A DNA stretch of 64,000 bases, taken from assembly GCA_963748675.1 (NCBI GenBank), contig CAVVJX010000009.1, forward strand, positions 336,054 to 400,053. The letters are read 5' to 3'. The notes under the pieces were generated by a model. The model saw only the letters and a list, made by a program, of their open reading frames with translations. It was not told the origin of the DNA and searched no databases. Position numbers and translations under genes: made by a program. The DNA is from an uncultured Chloroflexia bacterium (lineage in GTDB: Bacteria; Chloroflexota; Limnocylindria; Limnocylindrales; CSP1-4). Within the stretch, counting starts at the first letter, position 1. Each line of letters starts with the position of its first letter. Below are positions 29,583 through 38,490 of this stretch, in pieces.

Positions 29583-30563
29583 TCAATCGAGCGGTTCGAA
29601 GATCCCGGGCAGGCCGCCGGCGTGCCAGAACACGATCCGCTGCCCGTCGAGGGCGCCGCTGCGCACATCGGCAACGAGGCCGGCGAGCGCCTTGGCGGTA
29701 TAGATCGGATCGACCAGGATGCCTTCGGTCCGCGCCAGCAGGTCGGCGGCCGCGCCGGCCTCGGCCGTGGGCCGGCCGTAGCCATCGCCGAGCTGACGCT
29801 CGTCGAGATCGATCGCCTCGTCCAGCTCGACGCCCGCGGCACCGTCCGGGTCCAGGCCGCGGACCATCGCTCCGATGGCCGGTCGCAGCTCCGACGCGGG
29901 GCGGGCGACGATCACGCCCGCGACGCGCGTCGCCGGGGAGCGGCTGGCGGCCGCGACGATCAACCCGGCCTGCGTCCCGCCCGTGGCGGACGGCACGACG
30001 ATGCGGTCCACCGTGAGGCCCACGGCCTCGGCCTGATCGAACAGCTCGAGCCCGGCGAGCGACTGGCCGTGCGCCCCGAGGACGCCCGAGCCCCCGACAT
30101 CGATCACGTACGGCCGTCCACCGCGCTCGACGACGTTCCGGGTGACGCGGGCCACCTCGGCCGCTCGTTCGGCCCGGTCCGCGGAGGCCAGTTGATGCAC
30201 GGTCGCCCCGAACGCCTTCATGAGCCGCAGGCCCGGCCCGGGCACCGACGCCGGTGGCCCGGACAGCACGAGCTCCACGGCGAGGCCCGCGGTCGCCCCG
30301 GCCGCCGCCGTCAGGCGGCAATGGTTCGACCAGCGGCGCCCGCTCGTGATGAGGGTGTCCGCACCCTCGGCCAGTGCCGCGCCGATGAGGAACTCGAGGT
30401 TGCGCAGCTTGTTGCCGCCAAAGGCAAGCGGCAGCAGGTCCTCGCGCTTGACCCAGATCTCGGCACGACCACCCAGCGCCGCGGACAATCGGGGCAGTGG
30501 GGCGAGCGGCGACGGCGCATCGAACAGCCGAAAGCGCGGGTGCTCCGGCGCGGGGGCGGACAT
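29583..30563 (-). CDS. PLP-dependent ACC deaminase / D-cysteine desulfhydrase family protein
   Basis: KREDLLPLAFGGNKLRNLEFLIG motif. Start at ATG30563 (MSAPAPEH...). Confidence 0.75.
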   Translation of the reverse strand: MSAPAPEHPRFRLFDAPSPLAPLPRLSAALGGRAEIWVKREDLLPLAFGGNKLRNLEFLIGAALAEGADTLITSGRRWSNHCRLTAAAGATAGLAVELVLSGPPASVPGPGLRLMKAFGATVHQLASADRAERAAEVARVTRNVVERGGRPYVIDVGGSGVLGAHGQSLAGLELFDQAEAVGLTVDRIVVPSATGGTQAGLIVAAASRSPATRVAGVIVARPASELRPAIGAMVRGLDPDGAAGVELDEAIDLDERQLGDGYGRPTAEAGAAADLLARTEGILVDPIYTAKALAGLVADVRSGALDGQRIVFWHAGGLPGIFEPLD

Positions 30564-30593
30564 GGCCGGATGGTAGCGGCCTATCATCGGTCG
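30564..30593. promoter_or_regulatory. 30-bp divergent intergenic region with two facing -10 hexamers
   Basis: TACCAT (30570-30575, minus strand) is 6 nt before ATG30563. TATCAT (30582-30587, plus strand) is 6 nt before ATG30594. There is no room for an SD on either side. Confidence 0.5.
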
Positions 30594-31010
30594 ATGGCCA
30601 CGCGCATCCGCCCCGCCGATCGGCACACGACCGTGGGTCAGCACCCCGGCATGGAGCGCTCGATCGCGATCTCGCGCCCGACGGTCGGGGCCGACCAGCT
30701 CTACACCGCCCTCGTGTCCACGGCGCCCGGCGAGAAGACGCGGATCCACCACCACGGCGATTGCGAGACGTCCATCTACATCCTCTCGGGGATGGCGCGC
30801 TACACGTGGGGTCCCACGGGCACCGAGCACGAGATCGGGGCCGGCACCGGTGACGTCATCTACATCCCCGCAGGCGAGATCCACGTCGAGGAGAACGCTT
30901 CAACGGACGAGCCGCTCGTCGTCGTCCTGACCCGGAACTGCCCCGATTCGCACGTCGTGTACCTCGACGGTGGCCCGGACGGCAGCGACGACGTCCCGGC
31001 GCCCTGCTGA
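30594..31010 (+). CDS. Cupin domain-containing protein
   Basis: GEKTRIHHHGDCETSIYILSG...GDVIYIPAGEIHVEEN cupin motifs. Confidence 0.75.
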   Translation: MATRIRPADRHTTVGQHPGMERSIAISRPTVGADQLYTALVSTAPGEKTRIHHHGDCETSIYILSGMARYTWGPTGTEHEIGAGTGDVIYIPAGEIHVEENASTDEPLVVVLTRNCPDSHVVYLDGGPDGSDDVPAPC

Positions 31011-31014
31011 CCCG

Positions 31015-32127
31015 ATGGTCGTCGGCTGGCGTGACCGGAGCCTCCTGGAGCTGCTGACCGAGCACGGCCTCGAGTTGAGCCCCGAGCACGCGTTCCCCAC
31101 CGACGGCTGGTCCGGCGCCACGTTCACCGGCCTCGTCGATCCGGTCGGCCGGCACTACGTGCTGAAGCGGACGTCGCTCGCCACGGACTGGATCGCCCGC
31201 GCGACACGCGACGACGAGCTGCGCGAGGGCTGGCTCGCGGCACGCCCGACCGAGGCCATGGCTTGGCTGCCGCGCACGTCGATCGCCTATCTCGGCGCCG
31301 CGGCCGACGGCGACGGCGTCGCGATCCTCATGCCCGACCTGTCGACCGAGCTCATCGCCTGGGAGCGGCCGGGGCACGACCCGGTGATCGACGACCCCAC
31401 GCTCCGGCGGGTCATCGAATCGGTCGCGCGGCTCCACGCGATGCCCTGGAGCCGGGTGCTCGAGTCCGCGAGCGAACGCGAGGGTCAGCCCCCGCCGCCG
31501 TGGTGTCCGCTCGCAGAGCGGCTCACGCTGCTGTCCCGGCGATCGGCGGCGGCGTACGCGGAGGACGGCAACACCGTTGGCCAGCAATTCCTTGCGGGCT
31601 GGGACGCGTTCGACCGGCGCGCGCCCGAGGCGGCACGCAAGCTCGTCGACGACCTCGGCGCGGACCCCACGCCCCTCGTCGATGCGCTCGGGCGACTGCC
31701 GGCCGTCGGGCTGCACGGCGATCTCAAGCTCGCCAACGTGGCGCTGCTACCGGAGGATCGGGTCGGCTTCATCGACTGGCAGATGACCCTGCGCGCGCCG
31801 ATCGCGGTCGATCTTGGCTGGTTCCTCGTATCCAACAGCGGCTCGCTCCCCGCGAAGCCGGAGTCGATCGTGGCGGAGTACCGCCAGGCGCTCGAATGGG
31901 ACAGCGGGCGTTGGGGATTCGGCGACGACGCGAACGACTTCGCGGGCCTGACCGGCGATTGGGAAGCCCAGGCCGACCTGACCTGGATCGTGGGCCTGCT
32001 GCTGCGCGGGTGGCGGAAAGGCCTCGATGCCGACGCCGGGGTGGTGCTTGCATCGCGGATGTCGGCCGTCGACGATCTCGATTGGTGGTGTCGACGCGCC
32101 GTCGAGGCGGCCGAGCGCCGGCTCTGA
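31015..32127 (+). CDS. Aminoglycoside/choline-kinase-like phosphotransferase family protein
   Basis: Catalytic loop GLHGDLKLANVAL and IDWQ. Confidence 0.7.
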   Translation: MVVGWRDRSLLELLTEHGLELSPEHAFPTDGWSGATFTGLVDPVGRHYVLKRTSLATDWIARATRDDELREGWLAARPTEAMAWLPRTSIAYLGAAADGDGVAILMPDLSTELIAWERPGHDPVIDDPTLRRVIESVARLHAMPWSRVLESASEREGQPPPPWCPLAERLTLLSRRSAAAYAEDGNTVGQQFLAGWDAFDRRAPEAARKLVDDLGADPTPLVDALGRLPAVGLHGDLKLANVALLPEDRVGFIDWQMTLRAPIAVDLGWFLVSNSGSLPAKPESIVAEYRQALEWDSGRWGFGDDANDFAGLTGDWEAQADLTWIVGLLLRGWRKGLDADAGVVLASRMSAVDDLDWWCRRAVEAAERRL

Positions 32128-32188
32128 CGCGGCGTCGGGATCATCGGCGGGGCGCCCGTGCGGCACACTCTGGTCAAGGAGGTGCCTC

Positions 32189-32569
32189 GTGCCCAAGACC
32201 GTCCCACAGCTCCCCGGCATCCCGCCGAGCGACTATCCGATCTCGCAGGTCGTCGAGGCCAACGGGTTCGTGTTCCTGGCCGGCCAGGTCGGCGACGCGC
32301 CCGGAACGCATGGCGCCGTCCCCGGCGGCATCGAAGCCGAGACTCGCGCGATGCTCGACAACGTCGGCCGGTTGCTCGAGGCGGTCGGCCTGGGCTTCGG
32401 GGACGTCGTGAAATGCACGGTGTATCTGCGCGACTTCAGCGAGTTCGCGGCGATGAACGCGGTCTATCGCGAATACTTCCCGACCGAGCCACCGACGCGG
32501 GCGACATTGGGCGTGACCGCCTTGGCCGCCGATTACCGCATCGAGATCGAGGTCCTCGCCGCCCGCTGA
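32189..32569 (+). CDS. RidA/YjgF family reactive-intermediate deaminase
   Basis: AAGGAGG SD followed by GTG. VKCTVYLRDFSEFAAMNAVYREYF...PTRATLGV...IEIEVLA. Confidence 0.8.
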   Translation: MPKTVPQLPGIPPSDYPISQVVEANGFVFLAGQVGDAPGTHGAVPGGIEAETRAMLDNVGRLLEAVGLGFGDVVKCTVYLRDFSEFAAMNAVYREYFPTEPPTRATLGVTALAADYRIEIEVLAAR

Positions 32570-32591
32570 TCGCGCCGCGTAGGTTCGCGGG

Positions 32592-33431
32592 CTACTTCTT
32601 CAGGACGACGAAGTCGTCGATCGCCACCATCGGGTGGCCCTTCGTGCCGAGGACGACGATCTTGAGGCTGTGCTCGCCGGCGGACTTCCAGCTGGCCTGG
32701 AAGAGCGTCGCTCGTGGGTCGAAGGATCGGCGGTTCATGTTCACGGTCTTGGCGTACTTCCCGTCGATGTAGACCTTGGCCTTGCCGCGCGTCGGGCCCG
32801 TCGGGCCGTTCCAGGCGACCTTGCGGCCGACGAACGTGAACGTCGCGCTGGCGCCGGCCGACTTCGCGTAGACGACGCGATCGCCGCCGTACCCGCGATG
32901 CCCGGCGCTTCGCCACTTCCCGGTGAAGTCGATGGCCCTGGAGCGTTCGCTCGCGACCCACCGGGCGGCCTTCGGGGTGGCCTTGCCGCCGCCCGCGCGG
33001 TAGTAGCGCATGACCGTGGCGACGTAGCGCTTCGCGTAGCTCGACCATCCCGTCGTCCGGGACGAACCGGTCAGCCACCAGTAGGCGACCCGCTTCCAGC
33101 TGCCGAGCCAGCGGTAGAGCGAGCTCATCTTGCCCGAGGCGACCTTCTCCTGGTTCGCCGGGGTCGGGCGGGCATTCGCGTTGCCGAGGTACTGGCGCGC
33201 CCAGGAGGGCCAGTTCGACGGCATGATCTGGTACTTGCCATACGCGCCGGACGTGGGGTTCCGCGCGGTGTATCTCCCGCCGGACTCGATGCGGCCGATG
33301 GCGGCCTTGAACTTGGACAGACCGGGCGGGGACTTGGCGGCGAAGACCGCGGAACCCGATGCCGTCAGGACAAGGATCGTCGCGAGTGCGACGACGAAGA
33401 CCGCGCTACGGCGGCCGGACAGGACTCGCAA
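32592..33431 (-). CDS. Membrane-anchored lytic transglycosylase-like protein with an uncharacterised C-terminal domain
   Basis: TTG33431 after GGAGGAG. TM anchor. IGRIESGGRYTARNPTSGAYGKYQIM is an SLT-like motif. Confidence 0.55.
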   Translation of the reverse strand: MRVLSGRRSAVFVVALATILVLTASGSAVFAAKSPPGLSKFKAAIGRIESGGRYTARNPTSGAYGKYQIMPSNWPSWARQYLGNANARPTPANQEKVASGKMSSLYRWLGSWKRVAYWWLTGSSRTTGWSSYAKRYVATVMRYYRAGGGKATPKAARWVASERSRAIDFTGKWRSAGHRGYGGDRVVYAKSAGASATFTFVGRKVAWNGPTGPTRGKAKVYIDGKYAKTVNMNRRSFDPRATLFQASWKSAGEHSLKIVVLGTKGHPMVAIDDFVVLKK

Positions 33432-33615
33432 TGTGGCTCCTCCGTACCGAATCGATGCGGTGAGCGCATCGAACGGCGGCTCGGTCGGGCCGGAGCGACG
33501 GACGGGCTTGGGGGCCCGCCGGCTGGGCACTCCGGCAGCGACGCAGATCGTCCAGGCGGGCACAGTTTGGGCGCCGGCCCCCCCGGAGGTCGCCCACCAT
33601 AGGGCCGCAGGACGG

Positions 33616-34164
33616 TCAGGGCAAGGGGTCGGACGTACCGGGGGGCACCTTGGCGGCCAGGAACGCCGCGACTCGGTCCAGCACGTCGTCGAGCACGGGC
33701 ATGAGGCCATGACCGAGTCTTGGGTACGTGACGAGCTCCGCCGGCCCGCCCAGCGTCGGGACCGCGGCGCGCAACAGGTCGAGCTTCGCGAACGGATCCA
33801 ATTCGCCCGACAGGAGCAGGACCGGGCAGCGGATCTGCGGCCAGTGGCTCGTGCGGGCCTCCGCCTTCTCGGGGGAGCCGGGCGGATGGAGCGGGTAGCT
33901 GAACAGCACGAGCGCGGCGTACGGCGCACCCGGTTCTGCTGCGGCCAGGCTGGCGACCCGACCGCCGAAGGACTGGCCACCCACGACGACCGACGGCTCG
34001 CGCGGCACGACCAGGTGGAAGGCTGGGACGGCATCTTCGGCGCGCCGGCGTGGTAGGTCGATCGCCGTCGCGGCGATCCCACGGGCCTGCAGTCCGTTGA
34101 CGTACGGTGTCATGCTGGCGGCCGACCCCGACGCACCGTGCCCCAGGAAGCAGTGGAGATCCAT
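33616..34164 (-). CDS. Alpha/beta hydrolase (dienelactone hydrolase / KANL3-Tex30-like)
   Basis: Nucleophile elbow GGQSFGGRV. C-terminal LGHG. TACGCT (34171-34176, minus strand) followed by N6 and ATG34164. Confidence 0.65.
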   Translation of the reverse strand: MDLHCFLGHGASGSAASMTPYVNGLQARGIAATAIDLPRRRAEDAVPAFHLVVPREPSVVVGGQSFGGRVASLAAAEPGAPYAALVLFSYPLHPPGSPEKAEARTSHWPQIRCPVLLLSGELDPFAKLDLLRAAVPTLGGPAELVTYPRLGHGLMPVLDDVLDRVAAFLAAKVPPGTSDPLP

Positions 34165-34280
34165 ATCGACAGCGTAGCCGTCCGGTAGGCCCATCGACTG
34201 GCCGCGCCGTGGCCCGTTGGGCCCATGGCCGTCGACAGGATGCACCGGGCATGCTCCGTCCCCGCCGCACAAGGGACCTC

Positions 34281-35648
34281 ATGCCGTTCGCCCAAGATCG
34301 ATCGCGCGTTCGCCCGTCGATGCACGTCGCCGCCGTGGCGCTCCTGGCGATCTGCATCATCCTTTCCGGGGCGCTGCCTGCCTTGGCGCTGGCCGCAGAA
34401 CCGACACTGGCGACGGCCGCCGCACCCCCCGGCACGACGCCTGTCGGTTCCACGGTCACGATCCATGGCCGCGGCTACGGTCATGGCGTGGGGATGAGCC
34501 AGCACGGCGCACGAGGTCGGGCGCTCGACGACGCGACATCGACCGAGATCCTCGCCCACTACTACCAGGGCGCGACGCTTGGGTCGATCGCGCTCGATAC
34601 GGCGATCCGGGTGCGGGTCCTCCGTGACTTCAAGGCGACGGCGACCCGGCCACTCGTGCTGTACGGGCGCCGCGGGGCGTGGCGCTTCGACGGGAGCGCG
34701 ACCGTCTATCCGAAGGACGCGCGCGTGGAGATCCGGCCCACGGTAACGAAGACCGCATCAGGCACGACCGTGGCCTGGCGCGTCAAGGTCACAGGATCGG
34801 ACGGGACGGTCCTGCGGGCCGGCGCGATCAGGTCGTTCCGGCTGCGCGGCGTGACCACGAAGACGCTCTTCCAGGTCGCCTCGCGCACCTCGTCCTACGA
34901 CCAATACCGCGGGACGCTGCGCGTGGGATTGAAGTCGACCGCACCCCTGGCCAGCGCGACGAACGAGCGCTCGCTCGAGGGGTACCTGCAGGGGGTCGTG
35001 CCATCCGAGATGCCATCGACCTGGCCGGCCGAGGCGCTCAAGGCGCAATCGATCGCCGCGCGCTCGTACGCAGCTCGCCGCCTGCGACCGGGCGTGTCGT
35101 ACTTCGACGTGGACGACGACTCGACCTCGCAGATCTATCTTGGGGTCCTGGGTGAGAAGGCGACCACGACCGCCGCGATCAAGGCGACGGCCGGCGTCGT
35201 CCTCAAGAGCGGCTCGAGCATCGCCAACACGCTGTTCCATTCCACCGGCGGCGGCGCCACCGAGCACAACGAGAACGTCTACGTCAGTCCGACCGGGGCG
35301 AAGGTCGCGGGGCCGGTCAGCTACCTGCGGGGATCGGCTGACCGCCGCGACGACGGGACCGCGTACGACGCCGGGTCGCCCTATGCAACGTGGAAGACGC
35401 GGACCTACACACGGACGCAGCTCTCAACGGTGTTCGGACGCGATAACCGGACGAAGGTCGGGACCATCACGGCGCTGGACCTGCGCGACCGCGGGGTGTC
35501 GGGCCGGCTGATCAGCGTGACGTTGATCGGCTCGCTCGGGACCAGGAAGGTGTCGGGTTCGGTGTTCCGATCGGTCTTCAACGCCAAGCGACCCGCCGAC
35601 GACCCGTCCATGCGGAGCACGCTCTTCGACCTCCAGCCGGTGCCGTGA
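34281..35648 (+). CDS. SpoIID/LytB domain-containing protein
   Basis: GYGHGVGMSQHGA, EMPSTWPAEALKAQSIAARSYA, FHSTGGGATE. Signal/TM N-terminus. Confidence 0.8.
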   Translation: MPFAQDRSRVRPSMHVAAVALLAICIILSGALPALALAAEPTLATAAAPPGTTPVGSTVTIHGRGYGHGVGMSQHGARGRALDDATSTEILAHYYQGATLGSIALDTAIRVRVLRDFKATATRPLVLYGRRGAWRFDGSATVYPKDARVEIRPTVTKTASGTTVAWRVKVTGSDGTVLRAGAIRSFRLRGVTTKTLFQVASRTSSYDQYRGTLRVGLKSTAPLASATNERSLEGYLQGVVPSEMPSTWPAEALKAQSIAARSYAARRLRPGVSYFDVDDDSTSQIYLGVLGEKATTTAAIKATAGVVLKSGSSIANTLFHSTGGGATEHNENVYVSPTGAKVAGPVSYLRGSADRRDDGTAYDAGSPYATWKTRTYTRTQLSTVFGRDNRTKVGTITALDLRDRGVSGRLISVTLIGSLGTRKVSGSVFRSVFNAKRPADDPSMRSTLFDLQPVP

Positions 35649-35658
35649 TCCTCCGCGC

Positions 35659-36249
35659 ATGACCGAGGGGCTCCAACGCTGCTGGTGGTCGGGCGCGGCC
35701 GGTGCCGGAGCGGATCCGCGCATGGTCGCCTACCACGACGATGAGTGGGGCGTGCCGACCCACGACGATGTCGAGCTCTTCGAGCGCCTCGCCCTGGAGT
35801 CGTTCCAGGCCGGGTTGTCGTGGTCGACGATCCTCAACAAGCGCGATGCCTTCCGGGAGGCGTTCCGCGGATTCGACCCGCGCGTCGTGGCGGACTTCGA
35901 CGACGGCGACCGGGCCCGCCTGATGGCCGACGCCGGGATCGTCCGCAATCGCGCCAAGATCGACGCGACGATCGGCAACGCCGCCGCGTTCCTGGCCACG
36001 GCATCCGAGTTCGGCTCGTTCGACGCGTATCTCGGTTCGATCGTGCCGTCGCCACCGGCGCGCATGCCCCCCTCGGCGACGGCCGGCGACATCCCGGCCA
36101 CGACGCCGGTCTCGGACGCGCTGTCGGCCGACCTGAAGCGGCGCGGCTTCCGGTTCGTCGGTTCGACGATCGTCTACGCGTTCATGCAGAGCGTCGGCCA
36201 GGTCGACGACCACCTGCCGGGCTGCTTCCGGTACGGCGTGACACGCTAG
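35659..36249 (+). CDS. tag: DNA-3-methyladenine glycosylase I
   Basis: YHDDEWGVP, FERLALESFQAGLSWSTILNKR, IVRNRAKI motifs. Confidence 0.85.
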   Translation: MTEGLQRCWWSGAAGAGADPRMVAYHDDEWGVPTHDDVELFERLALESFQAGLSWSTILNKRDAFREAFRGFDPRVVADFDDGDRARLMADAGIVRNRAKIDATIGNAAAFLATASEFGSFDAYLGSIVPSPPARMPPSATAGDIPATTPVSDALSADLKRRGFRFVGSTIVYAFMQSVGQVDDHLPGCFRYGVTR

Positions 36250-36308
36250 CTGTCACACGCGGCTCCGAGACTCCGGGTCAAGCCAACCGGCAGAAGGAGT
36301 CCACTCTG

Positions 36309-36446
36309 ATGATCACGATCGATTGCCCGCTCTGCGCGGGCGAGGCCAGCGCGGACGAGGCGCTGACGCTCGTCACTTGCGATGGCTGCGGCATCTCCGC
36401 AGAGATCGCTGCGGATCCGTTCGTCGCCCTCGAGGCCGTCGCCTAG
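36309..36446 (+). CDS. 45-aa zinc-ribbon protein (CPxC...CxxC; LysW-like topology but without the EDWGE tail)
   Basis: GAAGGAG SD. MITIDCPLCAGEASADEALTLVTCDGCGISAEIAADPFVALEAVA. Confidence 0.45.
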   Translation: MITIDCPLCAGEASADEALTLVTCDGCGISAEIAADPFVALEAVA

Positions 36447-36489
36447 CCGCGGACCGTGCGGGCCTTCGCGGGCGGGCCAGCCGCTGCCG

Positions 36490-36495
36490 TAGCAT
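36490..36495 (+). promoter_or_regulatory. -10-like TAGCAT, 6 nt upstream of ATG36502 (leaderless-type)
   Basis: Sequence reads TAGCAT-ccgcgg-ATG. Confidence 0.45.
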
Positions 36496-36501
36496 CCGCG
36501 G

Positions 36502-37128
36502 ATGGATGTTACCGAAGCGACCGCCGCGATCATCGATGCCGGGCGGCGGCTCGGAGCTCGCGGGCTCATCTCGGCCGGCGAGGGCAACCTTTCGATCCGG
36601 CTGGACGATGAGCGACTCGCGATCACCCCGAGCGGGCGGCGCAAGGACGAGCTCGGCGCCGATGACATCGTCGTCGTGCCACTCGGCCAGTTGGATCGGG
36701 AAGCACGCTCCGCGTCGGGCCATGGGCCCTCCTCGGACCTGGCGATCCATCTCGCCGTCCACGCCGGCCGGCCGGACATCGGCGCGGTCGCGCACGCTCA
36801 CTTGCCGGCCTCGATGGGGCTGACCCTTACCGGCGAGATCCCCGATCCGACGGCACTGCCCGAGACGGCCCTGCTCCTCCCCCGCCTCCCGTTCGTGCGC
36901 TTCGGCGAGATGGGCAGTGCTGACCTCGCCGACCGGATCGTGGCGGCGCTCACCGACGGGCAGGAGCCGTTCCCGAACGCCGTCCTGCTCGAGCGTCACG
37001 GCGCGGTTTCGGTCGGTCAGGACCTCGTCGCCGCCGTCGATCGGCTTGAGCTCATCGAGGTCCTGTGCCGAGCCTGGGGTGACGCCCTGCTCCTGCGCGC
37101 CGCGCGGAACAGCCTCGACCGAGATTGA
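36502..37128 (+). CDS. Class II aldolase/adducin family protein
   Basis: GEGNLSIRL...ITPSG...HLAVHAGRPDIGAVAHAH. Confidence 0.75.
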   Translation: MDVTEATAAIIDAGRRLGARGLISAGEGNLSIRLDDERLAITPSGRRKDELGADDIVVVPLGQLDREARSASGHGPSSDLAIHLAVHAGRPDIGAVAHAHLPASMGLTLTGEIPDPTALPETALLLPRLPFVRFGEMGSADLADRIVAALTDGQEPFPNAVLLERHGAVSVGQDLVAAVDRLELIEVLCRAWGDALLLRAARNSLDRD

Positions 37129-37189
37129 CGCGGGAGGCACTCTAGGACAGCGGACCGCGCCCCGCGGTCGAAAACCAGGGAGGGTTTGA

Positions 37190-37897
37190 ATGGCAGCTCG
37201 TGCGTATCTGGCCGAACTGTTCGGCACGTTCCTGTTCCTGACCATCGGCTACTTGTCGGTCCCGGCATTCGCCGCGGCAAGCGCCCCGACACCCAACCTG
37301 CTGGTGGTGCCGTTCTCGTTCGGTCTGGGCCTGCTGGCCGCGATCTTCGCGGTCGGGCATATCTCGGGCGGACACTTCAATCCGGCAGTGACCATCGCCA
37401 TGGTGCTCGATCGCCGGACGGCGCCGATGGACGCGCTCGGCTACATCATCGCCCAGATCATCGGTGCCATCGCCGCCGGCGTGGTCGTCTTACTGACGAT
37501 CAACCAGGCGGCCGTCACCGCCGGTGTGACCAAGCCCGGTGGCGGGGTCACCGATATCGGCGCGCTGATCCTCGAGATCATCGCCACGGCCGGTTTCCTG
37601 CTGGTGATCCTGGCGTCCACCCGGCGCGCGTCCGCCCTGGCCGCGCTGGCGATCCCACTGTCGCTGATCGCGTTCCACTTCGCCCTGGCCACGCTGAGCG
37701 GTGCGTCCCTCAACCCGGCTCGATCGATCGGTTCGGCGCTGGTCGGTGGCGACCTCAACCAGCTGTGGATCTATCTCGTCGGTCCGGTCGTCGGCGGCAT
37801 CGTCGGCTGGGGCGTCTGGCGCGTCATCGATGGCGGCGACGTGGTGACGACGCCGGCGCAGGAGCCGTCCGGCGAGGTCGAGGTCGGCACCGTCTGA
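37190..37897 (+). CDS. aqpZ: Aquaporin (MIP family channel, AqpZ-like)
   Basis: Two NPA boxes (HISGGHFNPAVTIA, SLNPARSIG). GGGAGGG SD. Confidence 0.8.
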   Translation: MAARAYLAELFGTFLFLTIGYLSVPAFAAASAPTPNLLVVPFSFGLGLLAAIFAVGHISGGHFNPAVTIAMVLDRRTAPMDALGYIIAQIIGAIAAGVVVLLTINQAAVTAGVTKPGGGVTDIGALILEIIATAGFLLVILASTRRASALAALAIPLSLIAFHFALATLSGASLNPARSIGSALVGGDLNQLWIYLVGPVVGGIVGWGVWRVIDGGDVVTTPAQEPSGEVEVGTV

Positions 37898-37917
37898 CCC
37901 TGACCGGGTGACGCCCG

Positions 37918-38490
37918 TCAGCTCTCCGCGAGGCTGAAGCGGCGGGCGTTGCCCATCTGACCCCAGACGCGGGCCTGGGTTACCGCCAACAATTGCCGGA
38001 CGTGATTCCGGTCATGGTGGACCCATTCACCTAGCAGCTCGTCGACGCGGAGCTGGCCGACTTCGGGATGCACGCCAGACCGGCCAAGGTCGGCCACGGT
38101 CAGCGTCCGGACCATTGCGACGCCGTCGGCGCGCAACGCCACGAACTCGTCTACAAGCTCGGCGGGATCGCGGAGGTCGTCCCGGCGAGCCGCGGCCACC
38201 TCGGGCGGGTCCCAAGCCTCGAGATCGGGCGGCAGGTGCGGCTGGTCGCCCTTCGCCGCGTCGACGATGCGCCGGATCCGGCCGGCGAACCCGCGGCGTT
38301 CGGCCTCGATGAGGTGCCCGACGCACTCGTTGGCGCACCACTCGCCGGGCGCCGGGCGCCACGCGGCGGCCGCGCCCAGGCCGGCGATCTCGGCCGAGAC
38401 GGCCGTCGGGCCCGCCGCCAGGAGGCCCGCGATGGTCGGCAGGTCGAGCGCCACGAGGGCCTCGGCGTCGGCCGCGAACGGATCGGTCAC
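37918..38490 (-). CDS. DinB family protein
   Basis: GEWCANECVGHLIEAE...HHDRNHVRQL His triad pattern. GTGA overlap with the upstream ABC ATPase stop. Confidence 0.65.
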   Translation of the reverse strand: MTDPFAADAEALVALDLPTIAGLLAAGPTAVSAEIAGLGAAAAWRPAPGEWCANECVGHLIEAERRGFAGRIRRIVDAAKGDQPHLPPDLEAWDPPEVAAARRDDLRDPAELVDEFVALRADGVAMVRTLTVADLGRSGVHPEVGQLRVDELLGEWVHHDRNHVRQLLAVTQARVWGQMGNARRFSLAES

